From assembly GCA_016187335.1 (NCBI GenBank), contig JACPJW010000001.1, positions 4,547-68,546 on the forward strand: DNA of 64,000 nucleotides, written 5' to 3'. A program made the position numbers and the translations under genes. The notes beneath the pieces are model-generated. The model was not told where the DNA came from. It ran no database searches and saw only the letters and a program-made list of their open reading frames with translations. Positions 1 to 8,884 of the stretch are shown piece after piece; positions within the stretch are counted from its first letter, which is position 1, and each line of letters begins with the position of its first letter. Origin of the DNA: Candidatus Aenigmatarchaeota archaeon. Lineage in GTDB: Archaea; Aenigmatarchaeota; Aenigmatarchaeia; GW2011-AR5.

Positions 1-453
1 AGTAACGTACAAATACAAATTTTCCTGAGCATGACCCCCATAAGGACCGAAAATTTTAGCAACAGCTTCGATAGTCCAATCTCCGGTTTTAACTGCCTTG
101 ATAGTCGCATTCAGTGTTATAACCTCGCCCCTTTCCATTTCACCACTCCATGACAAATTCCCTGCAACAAGTTCGAATCCTTCGGGCAGCAGAATCTTTA
201 CAGTCCCATTTACTGGTCTTTTAGGTGCTATTTCAGCTTGAACTGTAAAGGAGATTCCGACTGGTTTATTTAGAGAAGGCGACTCAAACAATACCAATTC
301 TTTTTGAAAAATTTGCTCTATGCCTGCGGGTGTTGACGCCACGTATGGGCCGGACCCACCTTTCCCTGCACACCCCAGCACCAAAACGACAAGAAGCAGC
401 AAGCTGAATATGAGAAATCCAATTCTGTATTTTTTCAATTTATGATTATTCAT
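1..453 (-). CDS. Secreted lipoprotein-like protein (paralog family 1), 3'-truncated by window edge
   Basis: Minus-strand ATG at 451-453 reads MNNHKLKKYRIGFLIFSLLLLVVLVLGCAG... (signal peptide plus lipobox-like Cys) with an ...LPEGFELVAGNLSWSGE... repeat shared with ORFs 597..1589 and 1591..2154. Not in the ORF track because it runs off the window. Confidence 0.5.
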   Translation of the reverse strand, partial: MNNHKLKKYRIGFLIFSLLLLVVLVLGCAGKGGSGPYVASTPAGIEQIFQKELVLFESPSLNKPVGISFTVQAEIAPKRPVNGTVKILLPEGFELVAGNLSWSGEMERGEVITLNATIKAVKTGDWTIEAVAKIFGPYGGHAQENLYLYVT

Positions 454-596
454 TTCCTTTCCTCTGTAATAATTATTTAGCCCAACAACCTTTTAAGTGC
501 TGTTTTGTGCCTTCTCGGATTCGGCATCCTTTCAGCCTCTTTCTGGGGAAAATCAAAAAATGTATAGTCAGTTTCGCTGCGTTCTAAGGTATTAGG

Positions 597-1589
597 TTAG
601 GCAGGAAACGGGATTTCGCTCACCGAAGCGGTGTCGCTGGAAACCCTGACATGCAAGCAGCCGCCTACAGTGTAGCCGTCCCGTGAACCGTTTTCCGTCA
701 TTCTGACAGTTGTGTCAAGACCGGGGCAGGTTACATCAAACGGGGGCTCATTTATCGGCAGCGCTACAATCTTCCACTCCCCGGTTTTCACGGCCTTTAT
801 TTTAATTTTGAATTCTGCCTGCTTGTCTTTCGGCAGGCGCTCGAATAGCACGACATCCATCGGGCTTCTTCCTTTGGATATAACTTCTCTGGATAATGTC
901 TCGTCGTCTGCTCGGATGAGTTCCCTCGGAACTGCCGGAAGATTTCCAGTCCATGACGTATTCCCTTCAACCAACTTGAACCCTTCCGGCAGGAAAATAT
1001 TCATATTGGCATCCGGTTGCTCTACAAGGGACGCTACACTTGCTGTTAGCTCCACTGTATTGTTCAGGTAAGGGGTTCCTGAAATGGCAAGCTTGATGAC
1101 ATAAGGACGGGACGGGACTTCAGGCTTTCGTGCTTTTGGGAAGGGATTCTTGCTCATCTGCGTGCCGCTCTCTGAAATTAAAAGGACAATCTGGTCGCTG
1201 TAGCCTCCGGCAGGCCTTCCGTATACAAACCATTCGCCTGTTTTCACGGCTTTGACTAAAGCCTTGAACTGCACTGTCTGGTTCGGCAGAAGGTCGCCTT
1301 CCCATGAGAGGTTTCCGCTCACGTATTCCAGCCCTTCAGGAAGGACTATTTCTCCAGAGAAGTTCGAGAAAGTGTATCTATATAGCGAGGTCATGGTGAA
1401 CGTTAACTCTGCTGTCTCGCCGAGGGCAGGAGCCCTGGAGATGTCAAGGCCGACTGAGATTGGCACTCTTGGAGCCCCTCCGCCTGTCGGTTTTTGCACG
1501 CACCCGGAGGCAAAAATTGAAATCAGTATTAAAACAGCAATCAAAATAGAAAATCCGGTTTTCCGGTTTTTCAACGTATTTTTCTTCAT
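597..1589 (-). CDS. Secreted lipoprotein-like protein with two internal beta-sandwich-like repeats (paralog family 1)
   Basis: N-terminal signal with SGC lipobox. Internal duplication carrying LPEGxxxVxGNxSWxG and KAVKTGEW motifs. Paralogous to the two neighbouring genes. Confidence 0.6.
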   Translation of the reverse strand: MKKNTLKNRKTGFSILIAVLILISIFASGCVQKPTGGGAPRVPISVGLDISRAPALGETAELTFTMTSLYRYTFSNFSGEIVLPEGLEYVSGNLSWEGDLLPNQTVQFKALVKAVKTGEWFVYGRPAGGYSDQIVLLISESGTQMSKNPFPKARKPEVPSRPYVIKLAISGTPYLNNTVELTASVASLVEQPDANMNIFLPEGFKLVEGNTSWTGNLPAVPRELIRADDETLSREVISKGRSPMDVVLFERLPKDKQAEFKIKIKAVKTGEWKIVALPINEPPFDVTCPGLDTTVRMTENGSRDGYTVGGCLHVRVSSDTASVSEIPFPA

Positions 1590-1590
1590 A

Positions 1591-2154
1591 TCATTGACCT
1601 AATTCGTATGTTAAGTTCGAATCCGGAGGAAGTTCCCCAACCATCGTTCTATTGCTGCGGGAATAATCCTGCAGTGGTGATTTGCTCACAGTTGCCGTTG
1701 TTTCCGATACATTTATGAAAAGCATGCTTCGTTTTCCAAAACCGAATCTCATACTTTTTGCATATGCTTCAATAGCCCAATACCCCGCCTCAACTGCTTT
1801 CACCGTGCTTCTGATCTGAATCGTTTCATTCTTTGCAATATCTCCGTTCCAAGACAGATTTCCGCTTATTAATGAAAATCCTTCAGGCAACATAACCTGA
1901 ATAAGGGTGTTTGGAGCGTCGGTAAGTGGTGTTACAGTAAAAGTGAGCTCAACAGGCTGATTTAATGAAGGCGTTCCTGTTAGAGACAAATTTACATACA
2001 TTGGAGCGGAGGGTTTCACTCCAAGTTGTGCTTCGAGTTCTTCACTTTCCTGGAGCTGTGTCTTCTCTAACCATCCCAACACCAAAACGACAAGAAGCAG
2101 CAAGCTGAATATCAAAATTATGCTCTTGCGATTCCACATTTTATGATTATTCAT
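1591..2154 (-). CDS. Secreted protein (paralog family 1)
   Basis: Signal peptide MNNHKMWNRKSIILIFSLLLLVVLVLG. Motif MLPEGFSLISGNLSWNGD...KAVEAGYW. The 5' coding ~70 nt are nearly identical to nt 390-455. Confidence 0.6.
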   Translation of the reverse strand: MNNHKMWNRKSIILIFSLLLLVVLVLGWLEKTQLQESEELEAQLGVKPSAPMYVNLSLTGTPSLNQPVELTFTVTPLTDAPNTLIQVMLPEGFSLISGNLSWNGDIAKNETIQIRSTVKAVEAGYWAIEAYAKSMRFGFGKRSMLFINVSETTATVSKSPLQDYSRSNRTMVGELPPDSNLTYELGQ

Positions 2155-2331
2155 TTCCTTCGTGCAAACTTATCCGGCAAATAACTAACCTGAAGGGTGC
2201 GGGCTGCCTGCAGAATTAACATAGACATAAGCGTTGGCTGAAACGCCAATATCATTCTTTTATCTCCTGTTTGGAAGTTTTCTTTAGTCAGGTTCAAACA
2301 AGAAGCTCCTCTTGGCTGTTCAGGATGCCGG

Positions 2332-3594
2332 TCAGCCGCATGTGCATGTTCCGTCCGATGCGACCCCGGAGGAGCATGTCCCGAAATTGCCGCCCGATTT
2401 GACGCATATTACCTTCCCGGTTCCGTCTCCCGAGACGCCGTCCGCTCTGATTTCGCCTGCAACGTCAAGCATGGCGTCGGGCGTCGTGTCGCCGATACCT
2501 ACATTACCGTTCTTGTCTATCCGCACGGCACTCACAGATCCAGCTCCGCCAGTAGTTCCATTATGCACGTTGATCTGGAGCTCGCCTTCATCCCCATCCG
2601 AACCCGGTTGGATTGCCAGTAATGAGACCGAGCGGAACAGAGTCGCGGCATCGCTATTCAGGTTGTTAAAAACGAGAAAGCCGAATGGATCTCCAGCCCC
2701 GCCCGGAGTTCCAGCAACGTTGAAGCTCGCCCTTGAAGAGCCGCCGTGCATCACGAAGACGTTCTTGTCATTGGTAATGGCTGTGGGGTCATTCGTCCCG
2801 ACAGCCAGTATGGAGTTGGCGTCGTCCCAATAGAACTTCGTGATGTTCTGCCTAAAAATCCCGTTTGCTCCTGAAAAAATGACTGAACCTGACGTGAATG
2901 TGGGATTCTGGATTGTTGATGCATTTAGGAATGTCGTAGCGTTGATACCCCCGCCGTGCACTATCACATTCGCGTTCTGGAAATCCACGTAAGTCCCGCT
3001 GCTCGCGTCCCCTATCCTGTTCACCTCGCCGCCCGTGCTGCGGAATTTCGTGGGGCCGCTTACAAGCTCGCTGTTAACGTAAATGCACATCCAGTAGTCG
3101 CGGTTGAAGTCCAGCCACAGTGTATCGCCTTCGCCAAGCGTGAGCGAGAACGTGCCGGAAGATATCGAGCTGCTGAACGTCTCGTCGTAGATGACGCCGG
3201 CGGTGCACGATGTCGCGTTGCTGACCTTGATCCTGACGGACCCGCTCGACAGCGCAGTGCCGTCCGTCTTGTTCGTCGCCTTGCCCTGCACGGACATAGT
3301 TGTCGGCTGGGAGTGATGCTCAAGCAGGTCTCCTTGCAGGGCAGAAGATATTCCCAACTGGGAGTTTTGAAGAGACTGGGCAAACCCGGCGTTTATCCGG
3401 CCTGGTGCAGAAGAATCCTTCGCCTCTGTCTGCAGCTGGTATTTAGTATCTTCATGTTCGGCATTGTCGTATTGCGAATCACTGAGAACGAGAGCAGCGG
3501 TAAAAACATAGACCGTAAGCATAAATACGGTTTTCAGAATAATTGAGCGCCCTTTGTTCATGCTTGCGCGCCCGGCCTTACGTCGCAGTCCCAT
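2332..3594 (-). CDS. Secreted surface protein with tail-fibre-like C-terminal motif
   Basis: N-terminal TM/signal. Gly/Ser/Thr/Asn-rich beta-helix-like repeats. C-terminal block IDKNGNVGIGDTTPDAMLDVAG resembles the NGNVGIGTTxPxxxLxV motif of tail-fibre domain proteins. C-terminal Cys cluster. Confidence 0.5.
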   Translation of the reverse strand: MGLRRKAGRASMNKGRSIILKTVFMLTVYVFTAALVLSDSQYDNAEHEDTKYQLQTEAKDSSAPGRINAGFAQSLQNSQLGISSALQGDLLEHHSQPTTMSVQGKATNKTDGTALSSGSVRIKVSNATSCTAGVIYDETFSSSISSGTFSLTLGEGDTLWLDFNRDYWMCIYVNSELVSGPTKFRSTGGEVNRIGDASSGTYVDFQNANVIVHGGGINATTFLNASTIQNPTFTSGSVIFSGANGIFRQNITKFYWDDANSILAVGTNDPTAITNDKNVFVMHGGSSRASFNVAGTPGGAGDPFGFLVFNNLNSDAATLFRSVSLLAIQPGSDGDEGELQINVHNGTTGGAGSVSAVRIDKNGNVGIGDTTPDAMLDVAGEIRADGVSGDGTGKVICVKSGGNFGTCSSGVASDGTCTCG

Positions 3595-3759
3595 TAGTTT
3601 TAACAGACGCTAATAAACTTCTTAAAGTAATTCATCTGGAAAATTTCTACTTTCATGTAGTCAAACGGGGCAGAGGAAGGTAAACCAAAACCGTTTTGAT
3701 GCTCAGAAAGCAAAGCTTTCCTTTCTGGCATTGCCAAAATCCCTTGGATTTTGCGCAAT

Positions 3760-3885
3760 GAAACTTTTCTGATTCCGTTTCCTTGAAGAACGAAGTTCTT
3801 CGAGGTCCCAAAGAATCTTCGATTCTTTGAGATGATGAAACTTTTCTGATTCCGTTTTGATGAAACTTTTCTGAAAAGTTTCTAC
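3760..3885. repeat. Cluster of short repeats and palindromes downstream of the P-type ATPase stop
   Basis: Two copies of gaaacttttctgattccgttt (3760-3780, 3837-3857). Third copy ends in the 19-bp palindrome AAACTTTTCTGAAAAGTTT (3863-3881). Additional palindromes lie at 3785-3801 and 3810-3828. Confidence 0.7.
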
Positions 3886-6536
3886 CACGCCATCATCCTG
3901 TAGAAATGGTGCGAATAGTACTTCTTTATCTCAACAACCACAAAAATCAGAGTCATGACAAATAAAATCTCCAGCCAGTTCTGCGCATCCAGCGGCACCG
4001 TGTCAAATATCGCGTTGAAGAAAGGCACGTAGACTATCATTAAATGCAGCAGCACGGATGACGCTATTGCCAGGAGCATTTTCTTGTTGCCGAACGGGTT
4101 TATTTTAAGCAGGCTTTTTTCCGTGCGCAGGTTGAGCGCCACGGCCATCTCGGCCATCACCAGCGTTGTGAATGCGACTGTGCGCGCCTTTGCTTCGCCG
4201 TTTCTGCCTAATTCAATGTAGAACATTGCTAAAGTGCCCAGAGCCATTATGAGCCCTACCGCTATGATGACAAACATGACTCTTTTGTTCAGCACCTTGT
4301 CTTTGGGATTTCTCGGCGGCCGGTTCATTACGTCAGCTTCCGGCGGCTCGAATCCCAGCGCAAGCGCGGGAAGGCCGTCAGTGACGAGGTTCAGCCACAA
4401 AAGCTGTATCGGGAAAAGCGGCAGCGGAAGATTGATGAGAATTGACGTGAATATCACGATGACTTCGCCGATGTTGCAGCTAAGCAGGTATAAAACAAAC
4501 TTGCGGATGTTGTCGTAAATCGTGCGCCCTTCTTCTATGGCTGTGACTATGGTCGCAAAATTGTCGTCGGTGAGGACCATGTCCGAAGCTTCCTTTGTTA
4601 CGTCGGTTCCTGTTATGCCCATGGCTATTCCGATATCAGAGCGCTTCAGCGCAGGCGCGTCGTTGACGCCGTCGCCGGTCATCGCCACAACATGGCCCTT
4701 CTTTTTCAGCGCATCAGTGATGCGGACTTTATGTTCCGGCGACACGCGGGCATAGACAGTTACCTCTTCAACAATATCCTCGAATTTTTTGTCGTCCAGG
4801 TCGTCCAGCTCTTCTCCCGTGAGCGCCAGCGAGCCGCTGCCGAGCATTCCCAGTTCTTTGGCAATGGCCACGGCCGTTTCCCTGTGGTCGCCTGTTATCA
4901 TGACAACCTTCATTCCTGCGCGCTTGCATTTGTCTATGGCATCAGCCACCTCCGGCCTTGGCGGGTCTATCATTGCCTGCAGCCCTATGAAAATCAGCTT
5001 GCTTTCTTCTGGTTTTTCTCCCGGCTTCAGCTTCTTTGTCGCAAAGCCGAGGACGCGCAGCGCGTTTTTCGCAAAAGAAGAGTTTGCAAGGAGTATTTCC
5101 TTCCTGTCCTTTTCCGTAAGCCTGTCAATCTTTCCGTCGCGCATTATCGCAACGCATTTTTTCAGGACTTCTTCGGGCGCGCCCTTTGTGTACATTGTCC
5201 TGCCGCTGATGTCGTAAACAACGCTCATCATCTTCCTTTCGGATTCAAAGGGTATTTCCCCGGTCCGCCTGTATTTGTCACGCAGGTCGTGCACGCCGGC
5301 CTTGGATGCCGATACGAGCAGCGCAGCTTCCGTAGGGTCGCCGATGACCCTGTCGCCGATGACAGCGTCGTTGCAGAGCTTTCCTGTTTCCAGAAGCATC
5401 CTTGCCGTTTCGCTTATTTTTATTTCCTTTCCGCTTCGCATGAACGCTCCTTTCGTGTCGTAGCCTTCGCCCGTAACGTCAATGACCTCGCCGTCAGCAT
5501 AGAGCTTTTTCACGGTCATCTGGCTCATCGTGAGCGTTCCAGTTTTGTCGCTGCATACAACTGTCGTTGATCCCAGCGTTTCCGCGGAAGGCAGTTTGCG
5601 GATTATTGCGTTCTTTTTCGCCATTTTCGTCAGCCCGATAGCCAGCGTTATCGTCACGATGGCCGGGAGCCCTTCCGGTATCGCTGCTACAGCCAGGGAA
5701 ACGGCGATAAGGAACATTTCCAGGGCGTCCCTTCCCTGAAGGAACCCGGCAAAGAAAACAACGGCGCATATTGCAAGTATGATTATTCCCAGGCCCTTCC
5801 CTAATTCTTCCAGCTTCTGCTGCAGCGGGGTTTTTATTTCCTGCTCCTGCTGCAGCAGCGAGGCAATCTTTCCGAATTCCGTTCTCATGCCTGTTTCAAC
5901 AACGAGAGCCTTGCAGCTGCCGTAAACTATGGTTGTACCTGAGAAAAGCATGTTCTTCCTGTCGGCTACGCTCTTGCCGTCTTTCATCGCGCTGGTGTTT
6001 TTTGGAACAGGGAGCGATTCTCCCGTCAGGACGGCCTCATCCGCCTTCAGGTTCAGTGCTTCCGTAATCCTGCAGTCCGCCGGAACCTTGTCGCCGACTT
6101 TAAGGATGATCAGATCGCCGGGAACAAGCTCCCTTGAGTTTATCTCTGAAACCTTTCCGTCGCGTATGACCTCGCTTTTCGGCGCGGCCATGCGCTTCAA
6201 TGCCTCCAGGGCCTTCTCGGCGCGCCTTTCCTGGATGAAGCCCAGGATTGCATTAAGAAAAACGATGGCCATGATAACCGAAGCGTCCAGAAGCTCGCCG
6301 AGATAAGCGGAAACCGCTGATGCTGCTATCAGGATAAGGACAAGGACGTTGTTGAACTGCCGCAAAAACTGGATCCACGAGGGCGTTCTTTTCTTCTCGC
6401 GTATCTCGTTATGCCCGTACCTTACGAGCCTTTTCGCAACTTCTTCATCGCTCAAGCCCTTTGGCGAGGATTCCAGGGCGCCGAAAGCTTCGTCTGCAGC
6501 AATCTTATGCCATTCTTTCGTCATCATCGCAAGCAC
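3882..6536 (-). CDS. Cation-transporting P-type ATPase, type II (Ca2+-ATPase-like)
   Basis: Motifs TGES, DKTGTLT, PEGLPA, TGDGVNDAPAL and a 10-TM topology. Confidence 0.93.
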   Translation of the reverse strand: MLAMMTKEWHKIAADEAFGALESSPKGLSDEEVAKRLVRYGHNEIREKKRTPSWIQFLRQFNNVLVLILIAASAVSAYLGELLDASVIMAIVFLNAILGFIQERRAEKALEALKRMAAPKSEVIRDGKVSEINSRELVPGDLIILKVGDKVPADCRITEALNLKADEAVLTGESLPVPKNTSAMKDGKSVADRKNMLFSGTTIVYGSCKALVVETGMRTEFGKIASLLQQEQEIKTPLQQKLEELGKGLGIIILAICAVVFFAGFLQGRDALEMFLIAVSLAVAAIPEGLPAIVTITLAIGLTKMAKKNAIIRKLPSAETLGSTTVVCSDKTGTLTMSQMTVKKLYADGEVIDVTGEGYDTKGAFMRSGKEIKISETARMLLETGKLCNDAVIGDRVIGDPTEAALLVSASKAGVHDLRDKYRRTGEIPFESERKMMSVVYDISGRTMYTKGAPEEVLKKCVAIMRDGKIDRLTEKDRKEILLANSSFAKNALRVLGFATKKLKPGEKPEESKLIFIGLQAMIDPPRPEVADAIDKCKRAGMKVVMITGDHRETAVAIAKELGMLGSGSLALTGEELDDLDDKKFEDIVEEVTVYARVSPEHKVRITDALKKKGHVVAMTGDGVNDAPALKRSDIGIAMGITGTDVTKEASDMVLTDDNFATIVTAIEEGRTIYDNIRKFVLYLLSCNIGEVIVIFTSILINLPLPLFPIQLLWLNLVTDGLPALALGFEPPEADVMNRPPRNPKDKVLNKRVMFVIIAVGLIMALGTLAMFYIELGRNGEAKARTVAFTTLVMAEMAVALNLRTEKSLLKINPFGNKKMLLAIASSVLLHLMIVYVPFFNAIFDTVPLDAQNWLEILFVMTLIFVVVEIKKYYSHHFYRMMAW

Positions 6537-6566
6537 ATCACTGACGGCTTAGTTTCCATCAACGGT

Positions 6567-6596
6567 CGTTTTGATTAAACTTTTATGAAAAGTTTA
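6567..6596. repeat. Copy of the cgttttgat-N-AAACTTTTnTGAAAAGTTT element upstream of the ATPase start
   Basis: cgttttgattaaacttttatgaaaagttta. The 19-bp palindrome spans 6577-6595 and is nearly identical to 3852-3882 and 52288-52317. Confidence 0.7.
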
Positions 6597-6797
6597 CTAG
6601 AAACAATTGTCGCTTCTGTTTTTAAAGAATTGCCGGCAGAAAAAGAAAATAGAGTTTAAATTCGCCATGCAAAGAGTGAATGGAAAATTTCCTCTCCGCA
6701 ATTCTCTTCACCACGAACCTCTTTTGAGCAATTAAACTTTGCAAAATAAAGTAATATTTTCTTTTCCGCAGACGCTTTTCTTTCCAAAGAAAAGGGC

Positions 6798-7721
6798 CTA
6801 CTTCACCACAATCCTCATGAGGTCATCGGCGATGCGCACGTTGCGGAAATCACTTATCTTGTCCTTGAGCAGCTGCTCGTTCTGGTAGCGCCGCGATATG
6901 TGCGTGAGCACCAGCTGCTTCACGCGTGCCTGCTTTGCCAGGCCTATCGCATCCTCAAAGCCGGCGTGCCTGTAGTTCTTCTCCTCTTCTTCTTCCTCGC
7001 CGAAAAATGTTGAGTCGTGTATGAGCATGTCCGCATTTTCCGCAAGGCGCAGCATGTTCTTGTTCACGGTCGTGTCGCCGGAATAGACGACTTTTTTGCC
7101 TTTTTCCATGAAAGAAATGTCCTCGAACGTTATCTCCTTTCCCTGGAAAACGGCGGAGCCCTTCTCCTTTATGTCGCGGTAAATCTTGTGCTTCTCGGGC
7201 AGCCCTAGTTTTTTCGCTTTCTCCCTGTCTATCTTGACGCGGTCTTTTTCCTCAAAGGCGTAAGCAACAGCCGGAATTGAATGCTTCATGGGCATGGCGG
7301 TGATTCTGAACTCGGCTTCGTCAAGCAGCGTTTGTTTCTCAATGCCTTCGTGCCAGACGTCCTTCGGGACAACATCAAAATCCTTTGTTGAATAGCCCAT
7401 GCTCAGCAAAATGTCCACGAATTTTTCCGCCTCAGGGGCGTAGATGTTCAATGCTTCTTTTCTGCCCTCGAGGTTCATGGTTTCCATGAGGCCCAGCAGG
7501 CCCGCGAAATGGTCCGCGTGCCAGTGCGTGATGAATATGTCGCTTATCCGCATGAAGTTGACGCCCGCGAAGAGCATCTGCCTCTGCGTGCCCTCGCCGC
7601 AGTCAAACAGGCAGTGATATTCCTGCTCGCTCTGGTATTTCAGAAAGACGGAAGCGTGATTCCGCTTCTTTGTCGGGACGCCCGCTGTCGTGCCCAAGAA
7701 CACTACTTCTATCTGGGTCAT
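6798..7721 (-). CDS. rnz: Ribonuclease Z (tRNA 3' endonuclease, metallo-beta-lactamase fold)
   Basis: HWHADH motif and a ~300 aa short-form RNase Z architecture. Confidence 0.85.
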   Translation of the reverse strand: MTQIEVVFLGTTAGVPTKKRNHASVFLKYQSEQEYHCLFDCGEGTQRQMLFAGVNFMRISDIFITHWHADHFAGLLGLMETMNLEGRKEALNIYAPEAEKFVDILLSMGYSTKDFDVVPKDVWHEGIEKQTLLDEAEFRITAMPMKHSIPAVAYAFEEKDRVKIDREKAKKLGLPEKHKIYRDIKEKGSAVFQGKEITFEDISFMEKGKKVVYSGDTTVNKNMLRLAENADMLIHDSTFFGEEEEEEKNYRHAGFEDAIGLAKQARVKQLVLTHISRRYQNEQLLKDKISDFRNVRIADDLMRIVVK

Positions 7722-7836
7722 AGTTTTACCTTGTTGCGATAATGATTAAAAATTAAGAAAAAGCAATCTCCGTTCCGGTTTGATTCCCGTAATTGGCATG
7801 TAAAGGTTTATAAACCGCCGCGGAGAATAAGTAAAC

Positions 7837-8064
7837 ATGGCCAGGAAGCAAAGGAAGCCGCTGCACAGGCACATATACGACAGGGTCGTGCAGCATGACA
7901 TCACCCTGGACAGGCATGACGAGGAAAAAGTGCTTCTGTTCGCCACGGGCATCCTGTTCGGCATAGGCATTTCCCTGTACTTCATGCGCGTCCTGTGGTT
8001 CACGGGCCTGTCGCTGCTCATCTTCGCGCTGATTCTCCTGTTCATCGAATCGAGGCAGAAATGA
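7837..8064 (+). CDS. Small membrane protein, hypothetical
   Basis: 75 aa with two predicted TM helices. No recognisable family. Confidence 0.3.
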   Translation: MARKQRKPLHRHIYDRVVQHDITLDRHDEEKVLLFATGILFGIGISLYFMRVLWFTGLSLLIFALILLFIESRQK

Positions 8065-8074
8065 AGGAACCCTT

Positions 8075-8884
8075 CTAAGATTTTTTTAGGGAGTTCAGAA
8101 ATGCTGCCGCAGCAATCCCTAATGAAATTCCAACGGGAGGAGTGAAAAGTAGAGAAAAAATGGAACTTAGAACTAAGGCCAGTATTATATACATTGGTCT
8201 TGGGTCTTTTTGCACACTACTTATTATTTTTTCTTTAAGAGTTTTTTCTCTCAGTTCCAAATCTGTAAATTTCTTTTCTCGAACTTTAATTTGATTTATA
8301 CTTTCTAGACTTCCAAGTGTGTTACGGTCAATGTATTTGTTGTTTAGAATTTCGATTGCAGTATCCTTTAAATTCGAAATTAGTGATTTATATATGATTA
8401 AAGAATCTTCTTTTAAAGCAATTTCAATTCTTTTCAAAAGTAATTCTATATTTCTTAGCGAATATAATATTGTAATGCTATTTTCATCCAATGTTTTTTC
8501 CATATCGATTTCATCAAAATAATCCTCCATAGTTTTTCTGAGTTGTCTAATGATATTCTCAATAGATTTTCGATTATTTTTACGAAGTTCTGATGATAAA
8601 CTGTAAAGATTGTAACTAATTTTTTTATATAAAGCAATTTTTTCTTGTGGAAATAATGAGTAAAGAAGTGCTCCGGTGAGTATAATGAAAAATATAAATG
8701 TAGAGGCAAAATTATTTTCGAATGTAGGGTTTGCAGTGTAAATAATCCTGTAAGGTGAAATAAAAGTTACTATCAAAGCAATTATAATTGTAAAAATAAG
8801 TATATTTCTTTTACGCTTTATGTTTTTGTCAATACGCTCTTTAATTTCATCTATTTTATCCTTTATTTCAGTTTCGTTTTCCAT
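8075..8884 (-). CDS. Hypothetical coiled-coil membrane protein (strongly AT-rich gene)
   Basis: 269 aa, Lys/Ile/Glu/Asn-rich. TM segments near residue 30-80 and at the C-terminus. Base composition is far more AT-rich than the flanking rnz and aspS. Confidence 0.45.
   Translation of the reverse strand: MENETEIKDKIDEIKERIDKNIKRKRNILIFTIIIALIVTFISPYRIIYTANPTFENNFASTFIFFIILTGALLYSLFPQEKIALYKKISYNLYSLSSELRKNNRKSIENIIRQLRKTMEDYFDEIDMEKTLDENSITILYSLRNIELLLKRIEIALKEDSLIIYKSLISNLKDTAIEILNNKYIDRNTLGSLESINQIKVREKKFTDLELREKTLKEKIISSVQKDPRPMYIILALVLSSIFSLLFTPPVGISLGIAAAAFLNSLKKS

Noticed and set aside
3760-3885. Possible CRISPR array (short repeated units)
   Set aside because: Only two to three imperfect copies of a ~21-nt unit with irregular spacing, no regular repeat-spacer periodicity and no cas genes. 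Related copies are dispersed singly elsewhere.
3703-3888. 61-aa minus-strand ORF downstream of the ATPase
   Set aside because: It spans the cluster of short repeats and palindromes, has no signal of a real protein and overlaps the ATPase stop. It is more likely non-coding repeat DNA.
4234-6306. Multiple plus-strand ORFs (4234..4518, 4522..4755, 4692..5570, 4789..5217, 5275..5463, 5530..5739, 5929..6306)
   Set aside because: All lie antisense within the well-supported P-type ATPase gene and have low-complexity Ser/Ala/Arg-rich translations typical of shadow ORFs in GC-rich coding sequence.
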